64,000 nt of DNA from Candidatus Bathyarchaeota archaeon (GCA_963726255.1 CAVSBL010000002.1:1632001-1696000); one strand, 5' to 3'; counted from the stretch's first letter, positions 20,848 through 31,729 are shown. The notes: generated by a model not told the origin, from the sequence alone. Translations and numbers: made by a program.

Positions 20848-21040
20848 TTACTACTCGGATGATTGGCCGGGCGAGTGATTACGCGGTTCAACAATCAATA
20901 GTACAGATTCAAGGGTTTGCATGTTGCATGCAAGCACTGGGTCAAGGGGGAGGCATATTCTGCATGCTGACTGACATGCCTCTGCCTCATCTTGATTACG
21001 CTTAAGTTGTGGACGCGTAACACACGCTGTTCGGCGTCGC

Positions 21041-21235
21041 ATGATGTGTCAATGTGGATGTGTTGGATACGCGCAATGTCCCCACCCGTATTACTTTTGG
21101 CAATTCTCCGGACCCGCTGCCGCCTACCCTGGCAACGCATACAACTTTCCCTACTACGCCTTCTCACCAAGAACCGGCTACGGAATCTTGCCATCGGGAA
21201 TTTACCCATTCGCTGTAGCAGTTCTGCCGTTCTAG
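21041..21235 (+). CDS. Small Cys/Tyr/Pro-rich protein
   Basis: MMCQCGC...PYYFW...YPGNAYNFPYY; CTTAAG TATA-like at 21001. Confidence 0.5.
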   Translation: MMCQCGCVGYAQCPHPYYFWQFSGPAAAYPGNAYNFPYYAFSPRTGYGILPSGIYPFAVAVLPF

Positions 21236-21269
21236 CCTCGCGGAATTTGGCCGCTCGGCCTTTCCTTCT

Positions 21270-22385
21270 TTACTTCATAATCGTGACGATATCACGATCA
21301 TGAACGATATGATCCATTCCGACGCGTTGTGGGCTGAACCTGACACTAGTTCCTGAAACCAGAGCATACTTTGCTTCGCCGAGTTTCTTGTGGATTTTTT
21401 CGCAGACGTCGGAAACGGTTGAACCAGCCGTCACTATGAGCGGTTCCGCGAAATCAGGAGAACCGTTCCGCGGTTTCAAGTAGACTTTGATTAACCTCAA
21501 CTGGTCATAGATAGCTTTCTTCAGCTCATCTAGGTTCACGTTTCGGTCGGCGGAAATAGGGATGAGATCGTCACCTATCCGCTTCTTGGCCTCAGTCACG
21601 TACTTTGAGCTGACCAAGTCGATTTTGTTCAAAACGCTAACTGAAGGAACATAACGGCGATTTCCTGCCACTACGTCAATGAGTTCGTCGTCGGTGACGT
21701 CTTCTCTGATAATGATGTTACCGTTGTTGATTTTGTATATGTTCAGGATTGCGCGCGCAGTTGACTCGGTTAAGTGGGTTAGGTTGCAGGCCGTTGTTAT
21801 GCCGAGTCCCCCCTGAGAGGCACGGTTGATGGTCACGTTTGGTGGCCTAGTGTTGAGCCGGATTCCCATTTCATAGAGCTCTTTCTTCAAGACGCTGATT
21901 TGATCGGGTTGGAACACGTCCAAGATTAACAGGATTAAGTCGGCGTTCTTTGCAACGGACAGGACTCTCTTGCCCCTACCCGAGCCAGTCGCTGCACCCG
22001 AAATGATCCCGGGCAAATCGAGAATTTGTATCCTAGCGCCTTGGTACTCCATTAAGCCGGGGACGACGGTCAGGGTTGTGAAGGCGTATGGGCCGACCTT
22101 GGACCTGGCGTTTGTGAGCCTGTTTAGGATGGTAGATTTTCCTACGCTTGGTAGGCCAATGAGGACGACGGTGCAATCGCCGCCTTTCTTTAGCTCGAAG
22201 CCCGCCCCGCCCTGCTTGGACCCCTGTGCATGTTCTTGTTCGGCTCTGAGTTTCGCGAGCTTCGCCTTCAGCAGACCAATATGGTGTTCAGTGTGCTTGT
22301 GAACCTGGGTTCTCTTCATCTCCTCCTCTATCGCCCGAATCTTCTCCGGCACACCCAAGTCAAAAGGCTCCAAACTCAATGGCAT
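21270..22385 (-). CDS. drg: DRG-family Obg-like GTPase with TGS domain
   Basis: HKHTEHHIGLLKAKLAKL, GLPSVGKS, YAFTT, DLPG, NKID. Confidence 0.95.
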   Translation of the reverse strand: MPLSLEPFDLGVPEKIRAIEEEMKRTQVHKHTEHHIGLLKAKLAKLRAEQEHAQGSKQGGAGFELKKGGDCTVVLIGLPSVGKSTILNRLTNARSKVGPYAFTTLTVVPGLMEYQGARIQILDLPGIISGAATGSGRGKRVLSVAKNADLILLILDVFQPDQISVLKKELYEMGIRLNTRPPNVTINRASQGGLGITTACNLTHLTESTARAILNIYKINNGNIIIREDVTDDELIDVVAGNRRYVPSVSVLNKIDLVSSKYVTEAKKRIGDDLIPISADRNVNLDELKKAIYDQLRLIKVYLKPRNGSPDFAEPLIVTAGSTVSDVCEKIHKKLGEAKYALVSGTSVRFSPQRVGMDHIVHDRDIVTIMK

Positions 22386-22428
22386 AGCCGAATAAGCAAT
22401 AAACCGAATGGTGCAACCCTAGCCTACA

Positions 22429-23481
22429 ATGACTGAGCGGATGGTTGCCGCTAGGCTGCACAAGATCGGCGGAAAGCTTAGCATCGACCGTGTAAGAGTG
22501 CCTACGATTGGCGATGATGAAGTTCTCGTTGACGTTAGGGCAAGTGGGATCTGCCACTCTGACATTAACTACCGAAACGGAATTGCTCCCGTAGGGAAGC
22601 TCCCGATAACTCTCGGCCATGAGATTGCCGGCGTCATAGCGAGAACGGGAACGAAAGTAAAGGGACTAAGAGTCTGCGACAGAGTTCAGGTCCATTACGT
22701 TGCCAGTTGCGGTAGATGCATTTACTGCAAAACTGGGCGTGAGAATTACTGCGTACGCTACCAAATGATTGGGAAGGACATTGATGGTGGTTTCGCTGAA
22801 TACGTGAAGGTTCCGGCGAGAAGCATTCTGAAACTTCCCAGGCAGTTGCCGTTCGAGCAAGCTGCGATAATGGGTTGCGCCGTCCCAACCGCCTACCATG
22901 CCCTTAGGCGGGGAAGAGTGGCACCTGGGGATACGGTGGTAGTATTCGGGGTTGGCGGCCTTGGCTTGCACGCAGTTCAACTAGCTGGTAAGGTCTTCAA
23001 GGCTGGATTGGTTATCGCCGTAGACATTCATGATTGGAAGTTGAAACTGGCAAGAAGTTTTGGGGCGAAGCAGACGGTAAACGCCGCCAATCAAGATGCC
23101 GTAGAAACCATCAGAAAAATCACGGACGGGAGATTTGGGGATGTCGTGTTGGATTTCGTGGGACATACCAAAACAATCGAACAAGCAGTTTCGTCAGTGG
23201 GCATGGGCGGCAGAATGGTATTGATTGGCATAGGGGCGAAATCGATGCAACTCTCCCCCTACCGCACCCTGATCGGGAAGGAGATGGAGCTTGTGGGAGT
23301 TGACGACCACCTTAGAACGGAACTTGTGCAACTAATCAAGCTTGTAAGAACCGAAAAAATAGACCTCTCCAGGTCAGTAACCCACACTGTAGCGCTTGAG
23401 GATATCAACCGTGGATTTGAAATTCTCGAGGCGAACCGCGAAAACGTAATCCGAATAGTGGCAATCCCGAACGCTGTCTAA
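22429..23481 (+). CDS. Zn-dependent alcohol dehydrogenase (MDR family)
   Basis: GICHSD, GHE, CGRCIYC..C, GVGGLG. Confidence 0.93.
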   Translation: MTERMVAARLHKIGGKLSIDRVRVPTIGDDEVLVDVRASGICHSDINYRNGIAPVGKLPITLGHEIAGVIARTGTKVKGLRVCDRVQVHYVASCGRCIYCKTGRENYCVRYQMIGKDIDGGFAEYVKVPARSILKLPRQLPFEQAAIMGCAVPTAYHALRRGRVAPGDTVVVFGVGGLGLHAVQLAGKVFKAGLVIAVDIHDWKLKLARSFGAKQTVNAANQDAVETIRKITDGRFGDVVLDFVGHTKTIEQAVSSVGMGGRMVLIGIGAKSMQLSPYRTLIGKEMELVGVDDHLRTELVQLIKLVRTEKIDLSRSVTHTVALEDINRGFEILEANRENVIRIVAIPNAV

Positions 23482-23482
23482 T

Positions 23483-23980
23483 CTATCGCAAGTTCTTCTG
23501 AGAGCTCATTTTCTTGCATGCAAGCATAACGGCTTGCACTTGTTGTTGATACCCCGTGCATCTACAGAGGTTGCCTGAAAGATACCTTTTGATTTCTGCC
23601 TCTGTGAGGTTCGGTTTCATCTTAACTATCGCGGAAGCGGTCATTATCATTCCCGGAATGCAATACCCACACTGCGCTGCGTCGAGTTCGATGAATGATT
23701 CTTGAACTGGGTGGAGCGTTGTCTCTGTGCCTAAGCCTTCGATTGTTGTAATCTCATGCCCATCCGCTTGTGGGGCAAGAACTAGGCATGAGGTGATTGG
23801 TTTTCCGTCTAGTAGAACTGTGCATGCGCCGCACTCTCCTGTGTCGCATCCCTTCTTGACACCGGTTGTGCCCATTTCGTCGTGTAGAAAATCGCAGAGA
23901 GTGAGATTCGGCGCTATTTTCTTATGAACTTTCTTCGAGTTGACCGTACAGGTTACTTCAACCATAGTTTCAACTTTCAT
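23483..23980 (-). CDS. 2Fe-2S subunit of xanthine-dehydrogenase-family enzyme
   Basis: GCDTGECGAC, QCGYCIPG, GNLCRCTGY. Confidence 0.95.
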   Translation of the reverse strand: MKVETMVEVTCTVNSKKVHKKIAPNLTLCDFLHDEMGTTGVKKGCDTGECGACTVLLDGKPITSCLVLAPQADGHEITTIEGLGTETTLHPVQESFIELDAAQCGYCIPGMIMTASAIVKMKPNLTEAEIKRYLSGNLCRCTGYQQQVQAVMLACKKMSSQKNLR

Positions 23981-23982
23981 TC

Positions 23983-24876
23983 TTAGTTCGCCCTCGCTAA
24001 GCTCACGGTTTTGCTGATTGTTCTCTTTGTCAAAACATAGACTAGATGCCGCCGATAATCCGCGCCAGCCCTGACATCGGAGATGGGTTTACTTTCCTTC
24101 GCCGCCAATTTCGAAACACTTTCGATCGTTTCTGGACTGATTGGGCTTCCTGTGAGTTTGGAAGAACTCTCCTTCGCCAAAATTGGGGTTGGGGCAACCG
24201 CGCCTAAGGCTATCCTGCTGTCTCCAAAGCGATCTGACCGAATTTCAGAAGCCACGGCAACCGATACGACTGAAATAACGTTCTCGTTGCGTTTAGCAGA
24301 CCGCATCCAGTAACTAGAGATACCATCATTTATCGGAATCTCAATAGAGGTAATTATTTCGTCGGGACGAATCGCGGTCTTCTTCACGCCCGTAATGAAG
24401 TCCTCAACAGGCATTTCCCTTTTCCCATGCTTGTTCCGCAGGTGGACTTTAGCGCTGAGGACTATGAGGGGTGGCGCTGTGTCTGCGGCTGGGGAACCAT
24501 TAGCGAGGTTAGCTCCTATCGTTCCCAAGTTTCGTATCTGGTACGTGCCCACCTGCGACGCGGCTTCGCTCAACGCTCTGGCGTAGCGCATTACAGTCGG
24601 GTTTGTTTCAAGCTCGGTGTACGTAGTCATCGCGCCAATTTTCAAGCTGTTCTTCGAGGTTTCTATTCCCGTAAGTTCTCTCCGTACATGATTCAGGTCA
24701 ATTATTACTTCCGGGCTGATCATGCGTTGTTTAAGTGCAATCGTAAGGTCTGTTCCACCGGCGAGCAGCCTCGCCTTTGAACCGTATTGGCTTAACGCGT
24801 CGAACAGCTCGTTCAGGCTATTTGGCCTAACATAATCGAAGGGTGCAATCGGGGCGAGGTACTGGAAGGATTTCAA
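23983..24876 (-). CDS. FAD-binding subunit of xanthine-dehydrogenase-family enzyme
   Basis: LAGGTDL, QIRNLGTIGANL, SPAAD, PISDVRAGADYR. Confidence 0.94.
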   Translation of the reverse strand: MKSFQYLAPIAPFDYVRPNSLNELFDALSQYGSKARLLAGGTDLTIALKQRMISPEVIIDLNHVRRELTGIETSKNSLKIGAMTTYTELETNPTVMRYARALSEAASQVGTYQIRNLGTIGANLANGSPAADTAPPLIVLSAKVHLRNKHGKREMPVEDFITGVKKTAIRPDEIITSIEIPINDGISSYWMRSAKRNENVISVVSVAVASEIRSDRFGDSRIALGAVAPTPILAKESSSKLTGSPISPETIESVSKLAAKESKPISDVRAGADYRRHLVYVLTKRTISKTVSLARAN

Positions 24877-27168
24877 TTATCGACCATCCCTAGCGCTCAA
24901 AGCCATTCTGACTCGTTCCGGCGTGTACGGGAATTCTCTGACGGGGAATCCTAATGCGTTGTAAACAGCGTTCCCTACGGCGGCCGCAACTGGTTCGATT
25001 GGTGGCTCGCCTATTCCTTTCGCGCCGAACGGGCCGTTTTCAATGTCTGGTGCCTCGACGAGTATTGGTTTGATTGATGGAATGTCGGCAGCAGTTGGGA
25101 TGTAGTAGTCTAGGAATGAGGCGTTCATCATTTTGCCATTATCGATAATCAGTTCTTCCATGAGCGCGTATCCTAGGCCTTGAACAACGCCGCCGTAAAT
25201 CTGGCTCTTGAACTGGGTCGGGATTAATACTGTGCCTGAATCGTGGGCGGCCACGTAGTTCAGTACGTCAACTTTTCCAGTTTCAGTGTCCACTTGAACC
25301 TCCGCAACGTGAACGGCCCAAGAATAGGATTTCCAAGGCGACCCTTCGCCTTTCTCAGCGTCCCAGTTGATGCCCGTCGCGCGGTTCCACGCTTCTTCCC
25401 TTAACTCAAGGCCTCTTCGTCTACAATCACTAACCAACTGATCAAAGCTCAGCTTCTTGCCTGAGGAAGGATTCCTTATGCTATCGTCGTCCCAAACGAG
25501 GTCCTCAGGTTTGCAAGACAGGGACTCTGCTGCTACCTTCGCCATCTTGTCTTGGAGTTGTTTTGCGGCCATGTAGATCGCTTTCCCACCCATCACGGTG
25601 CTTCTCGAGGCGACCGTTGGCCCTGAGTCCAGGGCTCGACCTGTATCTGCCATTTCGACATCAATTCTAGTTCTTTTCAACCCTAGAACCCTGGCTACGA
25701 TTTTGACGAAACCAGTGTAGATTCCTTGACCGTACTCTGTCATTCCGGTTCTTACTTGGATGGTACCGTCCTCCGCGACTTGAACAATGCCGGACCCAAC
25801 GTCTACTCCGAGCGGCCCTAGGCTTGTCGGGTGAATCATACATGCCAATCCTATGCCGCGACGCATTACGCCAGTCTGGCCTGTGGAGTAGGAGGCTCTC
25901 TTCGTTTTCCAAGATGATTCTTCCGCCGCCTTCAGCAAGCATTCTTCGAGGCCGACGCTACTGCTCAGTAGTTGTCCAGTTGCTGTTATGGTTCCAACAC
26001 GCAAAATGTTCTTTTTTCTGAATTCGAATGGGTCCATGTGAAGTTGCTCTGCAGCTTCATCCATTTGGAGTTCAGCGGCGAAGAGTGCTTGAGGTTTTCC
26101 AAATCCTCTAAACGCGCCCATCGGAACCTTGTTCGTATAGGCTACGATACCGTCAACGTACACGTTGGGTACATCGTAAGCGCCTGCGACCAGGCAGACT
26201 GATTGGAACAGTACGCGAGAACTTAGGGACGCGTAAGCGCCGCCGTCAAGCACGACCTTAGCCCTAACTGCGGTGACTTTGCCATCCCTCGTCACCCCCA
26301 TCTCTCTTTCAAACCTGATGGGGTGCCGTTTTGGGTGAAAGATTGTGGATTCTTTTCTTGAGAAAGCAAGCAGCGCAGGTTTCTTGGTGAGGTAAGTGGC
26401 TAGGGCGGCTCGCACGCAAACTTCGTCTGGCGCGTCCTCCTTTCCTCCAAACGCTCCGCCGGTTGGCGCGAGGACTATCCGCACATTTGGTACGGCTTTT
26501 CCAAGAACTATCTTGACCGCTTTCTCTACTGCGAAGGGACACTGTAGTGAACCGAGGACGGTGATGCCCTCCTGTGTGGGGTAGGCTAACGCGGCTTCCG
26601 TTTCCAAGTACGCTTGTTCTTGGATTGGCGTTTGGTATGTTCCTTTGATTATGATATCGGCTTGGCGGAATCCTTCTTCGACGTTGCCTTTCTTGACAAA
26701 GTAATGGTCGAGCAGGTTGCCTTTCTCATGAAGCTTAACAGCGCCGTCTCGTAAAGCATCCTCCGGTTCAAAAACGGCCGGGAGTGATTCATAATCCACC
26801 TTCACGGCTTGCGTGCCAAGTTCTGCGGCTTCCGGTGTTTCCGCAATGACCATTGCTACAGCATCGCCGATGAATCTCACTTTCTTGTCGCAGAAGAGCG
26901 GTTGGTCTTGGATGAAGAAGCCTACTTCATTCGCGCCCGGAACATCCTTAGCAGTTACGACTTTGACAACGCCGGGTACCTTTTCGGCGGCCGATACGTC
27001 CATTCCCTTAATTGTGGCATGAGCATGGGGCGATCGAACTATCCTCAGGTATAGCACTTCTTGGTCGATCATGTCTGTGGTGTATCTGGTCTTTCCGAGA
27101 ACTTTCTCTAATGCGTCAACACGCGAAAGCTCTTTCTTCGACTGCTCTACGGGTGCAAGCGTCTGCAT
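24877..27168 (-). CDS. Molybdopterin-binding subunit, xanthine dehydrogenase family
   Basis: GGAFGGKE, AFRGFG, GQG, TVASRS, GAKGIGEPP; no CO-dehydrogenase AYxCSFR; ATG 27168 after GGTGAG. Confidence 0.94.
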   Translation of the reverse strand: MQTLAPVEQSKKELSRVDALEKVLGKTRYTTDMIDQEVLYLRIVRSPHAHATIKGMDVSAAEKVPGVVKVVTAKDVPGANEVGFFIQDQPLFCDKKVRFIGDAVAMVIAETPEAAELGTQAVKVDYESLPAVFEPEDALRDGAVKLHEKGNLLDHYFVKKGNVEEGFRQADIIIKGTYQTPIQEQAYLETEAALAYPTQEGITVLGSLQCPFAVEKAVKIVLGKAVPNVRIVLAPTGGAFGGKEDAPDEVCVRAALATYLTKKPALLAFSRKESTIFHPKRHPIRFEREMGVTRDGKVTAVRAKVVLDGGAYASLSSRVLFQSVCLVAGAYDVPNVYVDGIVAYTNKVPMGAFRGFGKPQALFAAELQMDEAAEQLHMDPFEFRKKNILRVGTITATGQLLSSSVGLEECLLKAAEESSWKTKRASYSTGQTGVMRRGIGLACMIHPTSLGPLGVDVGSGIVQVAEDGTIQVRTGMTEYGQGIYTGFVKIVARVLGLKRTRIDVEMADTGRALDSGPTVASRSTVMGGKAIYMAAKQLQDKMAKVAAESLSCKPEDLVWDDDSIRNPSSGKKLSFDQLVSDCRRRGLELREEAWNRATGINWDAEKGEGSPWKSYSWAVHVAEVQVDTETGKVDVLNYVAAHDSGTVLIPTQFKSQIYGGVVQGLGYALMEELIIDNGKMMNASFLDYYIPTAADIPSIKPILVEAPDIENGPFGAKGIGEPPIEPVAAAVGNAVYNALGFPVREFPYTPERVRMALSARDGR

Positions 27169-27429
27169 GAACTCACCGAAATGGTGACGCACTATCTGAC
27201 CGTGTTTTATTTAACGTAACCCTCGACCGAAACATGATGTTCGAACATAGTGCGCCCAAACGTCTACCCTAGTCATACTCGGAAACTGGTGATAGTTCTC
27301 AATGTCATGTTGGCTCGATGGACCTCATCGATTATACACACCCTGCAGTCCATCAGGCCGTTCTGTGAATTCAACGTCACACGTTAATAACGGACAAACA
27401 TGATCCTCAAGTGAGAGCTAAGAGTTGGA

Positions 27430-27711
27430 TTGAATTCTGTCCTAGTCAATGTCAACGCGTTCGGTTTGTGGCAGATGCTTCTAGGGACGAAGAGGCGTCA
27501 GGTGAAAACGAGTGGAACTACTCTTCGGGACCTCATCGATACGTTGAACGGGCTCTCTACAGGGAAACTTGTGAAGGAGGTTCTCGTCGCTGACGGTGAC
27601 TTGGATCCTAAATTCAAGATCTTCGTGAACGGGAATGCGACCAATAGCCTATCCACGAAACTGGCTGACGGAGACGAAGTTCTGCTGTTCGGCATAATTG
27701 ATGGAGGCTGA
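27430..27711 (+). CDS. MoaD/ThiS/SAMP ubiquitin-like sulfur carrier
   Basis: IFVNG, LADGDEV, C-terminal GG. Confidence 0.88.
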   Translation: MNSVLVNVNAFGLWQMLLGTKRRQVKTSGTTLRDLIDTLNGLSTGKLVKEVLVADGDLDPKFKIFVNGNATNSLSTKLADGDEVLLFGIIDGG

Positions 27712-27721
27712 CTGGGCTACC

Positions 27722-28681
27722 TCACGAGAATGAGGGCAGCAAATCCATCCCGAATCTCTCAACCTGCTTCTCAATTTCGCTAAGTTGAACTACTGCAGGC
27801 ATCAAGACTAACTCCTGAACTCCCGCCTTCGAGAAGCGTTCAATCATCTCTGCGCAATCCTTGGACGTGCCTGTGATCGCACTGTTCGGTGTGGCTTCGC
27901 TCCACGCAGGAAGGTCGCAATATTTTGCAATATATTCAGTGGCGACTCGTTTTGCTTCCGTACCGTTTGCACCCATTCTTATCGGGACCATGTCGCAATT
28001 TCCAAACGTGTTGGCCGCTTTCCCAGCGGCCTGGGCGCTGTCGAGAACTTTCCGCCAGCTTCTTCCGAAGCTCTCAGGAGTGTAGAAGTAAGATATCCAA
28101 CCGTCAGCGAGTTTTCCAACTCGGCGCAGAACAGTGTCAACATAACCGCCCATCCATAACGGCGGATGTGGTTTTTGTACTGGTTTCGGTTCCATGTTTA
28201 CGTTCTTGAAAGTATACTGCCCATACGTCCCATTCACGTTGTTCTCCGTCCACAAGCGTTTCATGACCTGCATATTCGTCTGAAGGGTTCGGCCGCGGGA
28301 ATCAAATGGGTAACCGCACGCTTGAAACTCGCGCTCATACCAACCGGCGGCAACACCTAGCGTGACCCTTCCTTCGCTCAGGTTATCGAGAGTGGCTACC
28401 TGTTTCGAAAGGACGACAGGGTTCCTGATTGAGAGTACAAGTATGCCCGTTCCAAGCCTCACACGCTTCGTAGTTGCGGCAACAGCCGTTAACGTGGTCA
28501 AAGAGTCGTGAACGGGGAAAACATTCTTCGAACCCAGTAGTATGTGATCCCACACCCAGATTGAGAAGTAGCCTAACTCTTCCGCTTTGATTGCGTGTTC
28601 TACCAAATTCCGTGGGCTTATTGATTCCCCGGGTGCGACATAGTTCTGCAAGGCCAAACCAAATCTAATCTTCACCATCAC
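27722..28681 (-). CDS. LLM-class flavin/F420-dependent oxidoreductase
   Basis: AEELGYFSIWVWDH, RLGTGIL, PKPVQKPHPPLWMGG. Confidence 0.92.
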   Translation of the reverse strand: MMVKIRFGLALQNYVAPGESISPRNLVEHAIKAEELGYFSIWVWDHILLGSKNVFPVHDSLTTLTAVAATTKRVRLGTGILVLSIRNPVVLSKQVATLDNLSEGRVTLGVAAGWYEREFQACGYPFDSRGRTLQTNMQVMKRLWTENNVNGTYGQYTFKNVNMEPKPVQKPHPPLWMGGYVDTVLRRVGKLADGWISYFYTPESFGRSWRKVLDSAQAAGKAANTFGNCDMVPIRMGANGTEAKRVATEYIAKYCDLPAWSEATPNSAITGTSKDCAEMIERFSKAGVQELVLMPAVVQLSEIEKQVERFGMDLLPSFS

Positions 28682-28693
28682 TGCGACCTCGAA

Positions 28694-29962
28694 TTACGCT
28701 ATTCCGCACCAATCCAGGATGGTTAGCGCGTAGACCTTTGTCGCCGCTATCACATCATCGATCTTAGCATACTCGTTTGTTGCGTGCATTTGGTCCGTGG
28801 GGCCTGGTCCGAATATTACGGTCGGTGTGTTTGCATATTTGTTAAGAAATCGTATGTCTGCTGCGCCAGTTCTACCGCTGATATTTGGTTGTACCCCTAA
28901 GGCTGTTTGGTAGGCGGACTTCAGGGATTTCACGATATCATGATCGACCGGAATTTCTGACGGTTCCGCGAAATACCCGGTGTACTTGATTGTAGGAGGG
29001 TTGTCCTTCAGCCATGGGTCGGATGACGTGGATGATTCCAGGTGTTCTGCAAAGCCCTTCTTGACTCTGTCAGAGTCTTCTCCGGGAACAGTTGCCATGC
29101 TTCCCTTAAGGAGGCATGAGTCAGGGAACGCACTTGGGTATGATCCCGCTTGGAATACTCCGACGAGGCATGGGATTGTTTCTCTAATGTTTGGGTAGAG
29201 GGGATGGGTAATTATTTTCATGCGTCCTTCTTGAAATTCGGAGACCGCCCTCACAACTAAGTAGCCCTTGTCGATTGCGTTCACGCCTTCCCACTGGCGC
29301 TGAATTCCCGCAGGTTTGCCTTTGATGTGGATTTCATACCATATTCGACCGATGCAGGCTGGTTGAACGTTCATGCTGCTTGTTTCGCCGCTGATGCCAG
29401 CGTCCGCCGTGTAGCCGCGCATGATCGCTGCTAAGGTTCCGTTTCCGCTTAATTCCTCATCAACCGTGTATTCGAGAATTACGTCTCCTTTCAGTTTGAT
29501 GCCAGACTTGATGATGGCGTGCATGGCCATCGTGTAAGCAGCTAGGCCAGCTTTCATGTCGGACGCGCCACGCCCGAAAATCTTGCCATCTCTGACTGTT
29601 CCAGCCCATGGATTGGTTTGCCAAGCGTCCTCGGATCCGGCGGGAATCACGTCAACGTGTCCGTTGAACAGTAGTGAGCGGCCTGAACCATTTCCCTTGT
29701 AACGGCCAACTACGTTCGGTCTGTTCTTGTAGTCTCGTTCAACTGGAACATATCCCGGATGGCGTTTCAGTTCATTGAGGTCGGGTTCCCAGACATCTAC
29801 TGCAATTCCTAAGCGCTCTTTCAGCCAATTAGAGATGAATGCCTGAATGCCCTTCTCGTCACCCGTCACACTGGGATATGAAATAAGTTCACGGAGGAAA
29901 TCGACGATTTCCTTGCTGCTCTTATCGATGTGTGAGAGAACATTTTCGCGTGGTTTGGACAT
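28694..29962 (-). CDS. ArgE/DapE-like M20 deacylase
   Basis: NGHVDVIP, GRGASDMKAG, VDEE, MHATNE. Confidence 0.9.
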   Translation of the reverse strand: MSKPRENVLSHIDKSSKEIVDFLRELISYPSVTGDEKGIQAFISNWLKERLGIAVDVWEPDLNELKRHPGYVPVERDYKNRPNVVGRYKGNGSGRSLLFNGHVDVIPAGSEDAWQTNPWAGTVRDGKIFGRGASDMKAGLAAYTMAMHAIIKSGIKLKGDVILEYTVDEELSGNGTLAAIMRGYTADAGISGETSSMNVQPACIGRIWYEIHIKGKPAGIQRQWEGVNAIDKGYLVVRAVSEFQEGRMKIITHPLYPNIRETIPCLVGVFQAGSYPSAFPDSCLLKGSMATVPGEDSDRVKKGFAEHLESSTSSDPWLKDNPPTIKYTGYFAEPSEIPVDHDIVKSLKSAYQTALGVQPNISGRTGAADIRFLNKYANTPTVIFGPGPTDQMHATNEYAKIDDVIAATKVYALTILDWCGIA

Positions 29963-29967
29963 TTAAA

Positions 29968-30750
29968 TCAACCGCCCCTTAACATGACCTTCCCTGGATC
30001 GATGGCCCTCAGCACGTTGAGTTCGTGTCGTGTGGGTGGGGTCGTTATTTGCAGGTTGCTTGCGATAGGGAGGTCAAATCCCGTGTTCTCCTGTACGTAA
30101 CGAGATTCGACGCCTCTGTGCACTGCTTCAAGGACAAGCCTCTTTGTCGTTGGGTCAAACCCCATTATTCCCAGGTCCGTTACCACCTTGTAAGGTCCCC
30201 CAAAAATCAGGCCGGCGGTGCTTCTTGAATTGTCCCCTGCCAAGAACCCCGGGCTTGTAACGAAATCGACTTTCTCCACGAATCTGCGTTTCTCATGAAT
30301 TACGCTGATGATCACGCGAGTTGCTGAAGAGGCTATGTCGTTCGCTCCTCCGCTTCCTGGAAACCTAACCTTCGGCTTCTCAACACTTCCAATCAACGAG
30401 GTGTTAATGTTCCCGAATTTGTCGATTTGTGCTGCGCCTAAGAGTCCGTAATCTAGGAAGCCGCGTTGCTGGTAGAGGAATATGTCCGTAATGCTGCAGA
30501 ATGCCATAGCCTTTCGCCCAGCTCGAACCTCATTCGTGGAGAGAGGCATTTTGCCCCGTTTCAGCTCCGGTGCAATTATTCCGCCTTCGAATATGATTGA
30601 CAGGTTCGGGCTGTGGGTGAGCTGGGCCAGTAATGCTGCTGCCATCGGTAGGCCTATGCCAACGAACACCGTCTTCTTGTCCTCCAATAGTCTCGACGTG
30701 ATGACGGCCAGCAATTCTGCCTTCGAGTATTCGGCTTTACTTGAGGGCAT
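29968..30750 (-). CDS. CoA-transferase beta subunit (GctB-like)
   Basis: VGIGLP, IFEGG, AQIDKFGNIN, PGSGGAND. Confidence 0.9.
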   Translation of the reverse strand: MPSSKAEYSKAELLAVITSRLLEDKKTVFVGIGLPMAAALLAQLTHSPNLSIIFEGGIIAPELKRGKMPLSTNEVRAGRKAMAFCSITDIFLYQQRGFLDYGLLGAAQIDKFGNINTSLIGSVEKPKVRFPGSGGANDIASSATRVIISVIHEKRRFVEKVDFVTSPGFLAGDNSRSTAGLIFGGPYKVVTDLGIMGFDPTTKRLVLEAVHRGVESRYVQENTGFDLPIASNLQITTPPTRHELNVLRAIDPGKVMLRGG

Positions 30751-31729
30751 CTCGCATATTCTTCCTCAATTTGCTTAGTCTAGTCGGCCCGATTTTAGTG
30801 AGAAAGTTCTGAAATGATTTGGTTCCGTATACAAATTCCTCTGCGTACTCTTTGGCGCCCTCGATTCCTTTTTCGTTTGTCCGCTCTGCGAATTTCGCGA
30901 AGTGATCAAAATCTGCTTCGTACAAGCCCCAGCATTCGCTTGGGTAGGATCCATTAGGAACCTTGACAACCGCGTCGACACAGAAGAATGGAATTGTCGT
31001 CATGTCCGGTTGTTTTCGGAATGTTGTCGAATCGACGACTTTTTCAACGGTTACAATTACTCGTTCGGATGCTCGAGCAATGTCTTGGTCCATGAACTCG
31101 TAGCCGCCAATATGCACGTTACCCGCTTCGTCCGCCATCTGAGCGTGGATGATACCAACATCTGGGTAAAGAGCCGGCACAAGCAGCATTCTCTCACCCG
31201 AGTAGGGACAGGTCATACTTTTCACGTCGCTTGCTTTCTCGAGGTCAGTTCCGAGCATAGAGAACGTGGGTAGAAAAGTAACTCCCATGGCTGCGGCCCT
31301 GTATCGAAGCCCGAGTGACAGGTGGCTCCACTCTTCAAAAGTAACAAGCTGCCGCTCAACCGCTGAACGCATTACCCTCGAGATTCCCCAAGCATAACCT
31401 ATACTCCACCAACTGGTAACCACTTTTGTCAGCAGTGCCGCTCCGAGAAGTAGGTCAGCTTCCATTCCAACGAGGCTTCTCGACAGCGTTAGGCCTCCAA
31501 TTCGCTGGCGTATGATTTCATGGATGGCAGCGGTCGGCGTTCTTGAGTAGAGGCATCCGCCGATCGCGATGTGGGAACCTTCATTCGCAAATCGTCTAAC
31601 TGCTTCGCCGAGCGTCATTATCTTTGATTGACGTGACTTGATTTTCTCCTCAATCTTCCGCCTCTTTTCTTTGAGGTCAAGCGTGTAGCGCGATGTCACT
31701 GTGTTCAACAACGCTCCAATTCCCCCCAA
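30737..31729 (-). CDS. CoA-transferase alpha subunit (GctA-like); start uncertain
   Basis: HEIIRQ, EEWSH, RYRAAAMG, PDVGIIHAQMAD. Confidence 0.88.
   Translation of the reverse strand: MGGIGALLNTVTSRYTLDLKEKRRKIEEKIKSRQSKIMTLGEAVRRFANEGSHIAIGGCLYSRTPTAAIHEIIRQRIGGLTLSRSLVGMEADLLLGAALLTKVVTSWWSIGYAWGISRVMRSAVERQLVTFEEWSHLSLGLRYRAAAMGVTFLPTFSMLGTDLEKASDVKSMTCPYSGERMLLVPALYPDVGIIHAQMADEAGNVHIGGYEFMDQDIARASERVIVTVEKVVDSTTFRKQPDMTTIPFFCVDAVVKVPNGSYPSECWGLYEADFDHFAKFAERTNEKGIEGAKEYAEEFVYGTKSFQNFLTKIGPTRLSKLRKNMRDALK

Noticed and set aside
24877-27168. Aerobic CO dehydrogenase
   Set aside because: The active-site loop is AFRGFG, not AYxCSFR.
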